Positions 61,388-64,000 of a stretch of 64,000 nucleotides of DNA are shown piece after piece. The first letter of the stretch is position 1. The number at the start of each line of letters is the position of its first letter. The stretch is from positions 3,047,714 through 3,111,713 of the forward strand of contig CAJINV010000003.1 in assembly GCA_905178155.1 (NCBI GenBank), written 5' to 3'. The position numbers and the translations under genes were made by a program. This DNA is from Amoebophrya sp. A120. Its lineage: Eukaryota; Protista; Dinoflagellata. Below the pieces are notes generated by a model. That model had not been told where the DNA came from. It did not search any database and worked only from the letters and a program-made list of their open reading frames with translations.

Positions 61388-62182
61388 TATCTTGGATGGA
61401 TTTGGCTTCTCGAGGGGCACTAAGAAGTGTGTCTTGTTGTAGATGGGAGAACAAGAGTGCACGAAGGACGCGTAGTAGATGTAGTCGTCCTGCCGGTCCT
61501 GGAGAAGAAGCAAGTCGCAACCTAGTTGAACTGTTTGAGATAGATTTGAGTCCCTGTGCGCCTCTGTCTCCTAGTGTATACCTGTTTCAAAGATTTTCTA
61601 GAATGGCGAATTCCACCGGTTCGCGCCACTGCTCTCATACATAGCAGTAGTTGTTCGCTTTTTTGCTTTGCTTTCCTCCCGGCTACGCATTGATTTCATA
61701 TTGTTAAAGGAAATCCTAGGAGTCGGTGAGAAGCGTGAAGCGCCGAAACGAGTCGCATGAGCCAAGTGTCGTGGATTCGGGATAGCTACAGAACGAGTTT
61801 GCGAAGCTCCTAGATCCGCAAAGCTGTCACACACACTTTATATTTCGCTTTTTTCGCTCGAAAGTGGCTTGAGAGACTTGCACGCTTCGAGCTCGCGGCC
61901 GTGTCGCATCACGGCAATTTCTTTTGCGTTGCCGTACACTGAGTGTGTCCCTGCGTCGCTGTCACTACTACACAGAGCAGCGTGTCGAGCTCGTGAGAGA
62001 AGAGCACTTGGGAGAGATGATTGCGTTTAGAGAAGAACACTGGAGGAATTTCCGGAGGCACTCTGCCTTGCATTGTACACTACACGATCTAACTACTGTA
62101 GTAGCGATTCCTATCTGGGATCAGAATTAACTGGGGGTGCAATTAGAACCATCGTGATCTGGGCCTCGTTCTGCGCGTAAAA

Positions 62183-62737
62183 GTGGTTGACTCTACTGCT
62201 TCAAACCGAGTACCTGCTGATGTGGATGAGCAGCTCGCCTTCCTGATGTCGCTAAACCACATCAGCGCCCAGCACTTCAAAACTGATGACGCCTCCTCGC
62301 CGGTTTCGCAGGAGGCTAGCACTCGCGAAGCAAGCGCTGAGGAAGAGGACATGTGGTTGGATGACGAGATCGACAAAGTGAAGAAGCAAGTCGCTCAAGA
62401 AGAAGCTGTGATTGCAGAGGTGCTTGCCAGTTTGTGATTTTTCATGTTTGTGCGTACAGCGATGGTGTCGGTTTTGACTAAGTGCCGCAGGGTTCAAAAG
62501 AGTCACCGGGCACTTACCTTTGTAAACTCACCCCTGGTAAAACTAAAATCGCAGCTCCAGCAAGCGGCTCGCACTCTGAACGATGTTGCAGCAGCGGACG
62601 CTGCCGCGCGGTTGCAGCTCATTTCCTCAGTCAAGGAAGAAACTGAGTCGCTCAACAAAGCTGCTCGCAAATCGCGTCAGCGTGCCGCCCGGGGCGCGGA
62701 CGGACTGGCGAGCATTGCCGAGGGCGACGAGGAGTAA
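62183..62737 (+). CDS. Small helical hypothetical protein, probably two exons; start unclear
   Basis: Two consecutive protein-like ORFs joinable by a GT-AG intron at about 62434-62490 (ASL|VQKSHRAL). Confidence 0.4.
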
Positions 62738-64000
62738 CTGGACGGCTTGTTCCGACGAGTAGAGGTTTTTTGAAGCTCTATAGCTGTCGATTGGTGTGCG
62801 AGTTACTTCTCTCCAAGTGTATTTATAGTTTTTCGCCTTCGATTTACCCCTGTTTCTTTAAATTGTAAACGTATGTAACCAACTGGAAATGTGATATGAG
62901 TGCAAGCTTTTCTCTGGGCCGTGCGTAGGTGACAGAGGAACCATTGCTGGGGAATGTGTATCTTGAGCGCATTTCTAGTTCTGTTTTGCTTTATCGCATG
63001 TAGCGTATGCTCTCCAACCTCAAACAAAAGATATTCGTTTATCAAGAACCGCAGCTCCAAGCCCTGGTTTGTACTACCGGCACCAACTTGGATGCGCAGA
63101 AGGGGATGAATGAATATAAATAAAATAGCACAGCATGAACTTCAGGATGTGCGATGTAGTGTGTTGCTCTGGCCGACGAATTTCACGAAAAGGCTTGTTT
63201 GGAGACGGAAAGAAAAACATCAGTTGCGGATGATTCACTCCGCGGACAGCAAAAGTGATTCTGTAATGAGTAGGGCCTGCCTCGCTGTAGCTTCTATTCG
63301 CCTTGAAGGGTGGTGCCGTAAGTTGCGCCCGCTCTCACTGCCATCGAAAACGACGCCCAACTGTTTTTCTGACGCTGTCGCAATTCCGTCGGGTGTTCTC
63401 CGGTTGCCACAATTTTGTATAATCGCAGGTGCCCCGCCCTTTACTGTGTTCCTCCGAGGGTAGCCGTAGTTCTCTAGTCTGCGGAAAAGAATGGGAGTTC
63501 CACGACTGCGAAAAACTCGAAAACGCCTTCGGCCCAGCATATGGGCCGTCCGGTTTCTGAGCTTACTGGACAGTTCTCATGATGCTCAATGAGTTTGAGG
63601 ATCGAAGATAGTCTCAAAGTTGTACACCTCAGAGCGCAGTAAGCGCAAGGCTCTGCGCAGCCGATCCGTTTCACGGGCTTAGTTGATTGGTCACGTCCGG
63701 GCGCTGGAAATCTTATATTTTACATTAATAGAAATAGAAATAAACGAGATTCGAATAGCTTCGCCCGCTGGGTGTGACATCGCAAACTTGCGCTAGAAGG
63801 AACATTTTTCACAGAGTTCACCTGCCGCGACGGCGCGCAGGCGTTTTCGGTATCAACTGAGAAAGACACTGCCTCTGCTGTCGTGCCGCAGTGCGTTTCC
63901 AGCTGCAAGGAAGCCCAGCCGGAAGCACATTGAAAACGCATCCGCAGCGCATCCCAGCCGGAAATGCCTCTTCAGGGCATTTCTACCGAGCTGGTGGAGA

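Noticed and set aside
59100-64000. Autonomous transposase or retroelement driving the introners
   Set aside because: Only short broken ORFs. I recognised no DDE, reverse-transcriptase or tyrosine-recombinase motif; a profile HMM search would be decisive.

Overview
Eukaryotic, gene-dense, intron-rich DNA. The architecture strongly suggests a parasitic dinoflagellate of the Amoebophrya (Syndiniales) type; this is inference from the sequence, not a database match. All recognisable genes from 1 to ~55965 lie on the minus strand: two paralogous predicted secreted proteins, a GDAP2-like macro/CRAL-TRIO protein, an SH3-like protein, an ankyrin-like protein, virilizer-like, RPAC2/AC19, a TRM11-like methyltransferase, SF3A3, ASCC2, a PH-like protein and CFAP70-like. 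After a GC-rich 31-bp minisatellite the ORFs switch to the plus strand. Besides ordinary GT-AG introns, 12 complete and 1 truncated 150-320 bp MITE-like 'introner' insertions interrupt coding sequence. They typically have TAT...ATA inverted-repeat ends and a 5-bp target duplication, and most carry a GCAT(C/G)ACAAA motif. Removing element plus one duplication restores the frame in all 12 complete cases, although no GT-AG register exists, and one family does this in both orientations. The least explained structure is at 4597-9120, where five copies of a ~40-55 bp coding segment punctuate unrelated, intron-containing gene fragments. A 1.1-kb foldback element is also flanked by an unusually long 34-bp direct repeat. 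No transposase was recognised. Exon structures were read by hand and lack RNA support.
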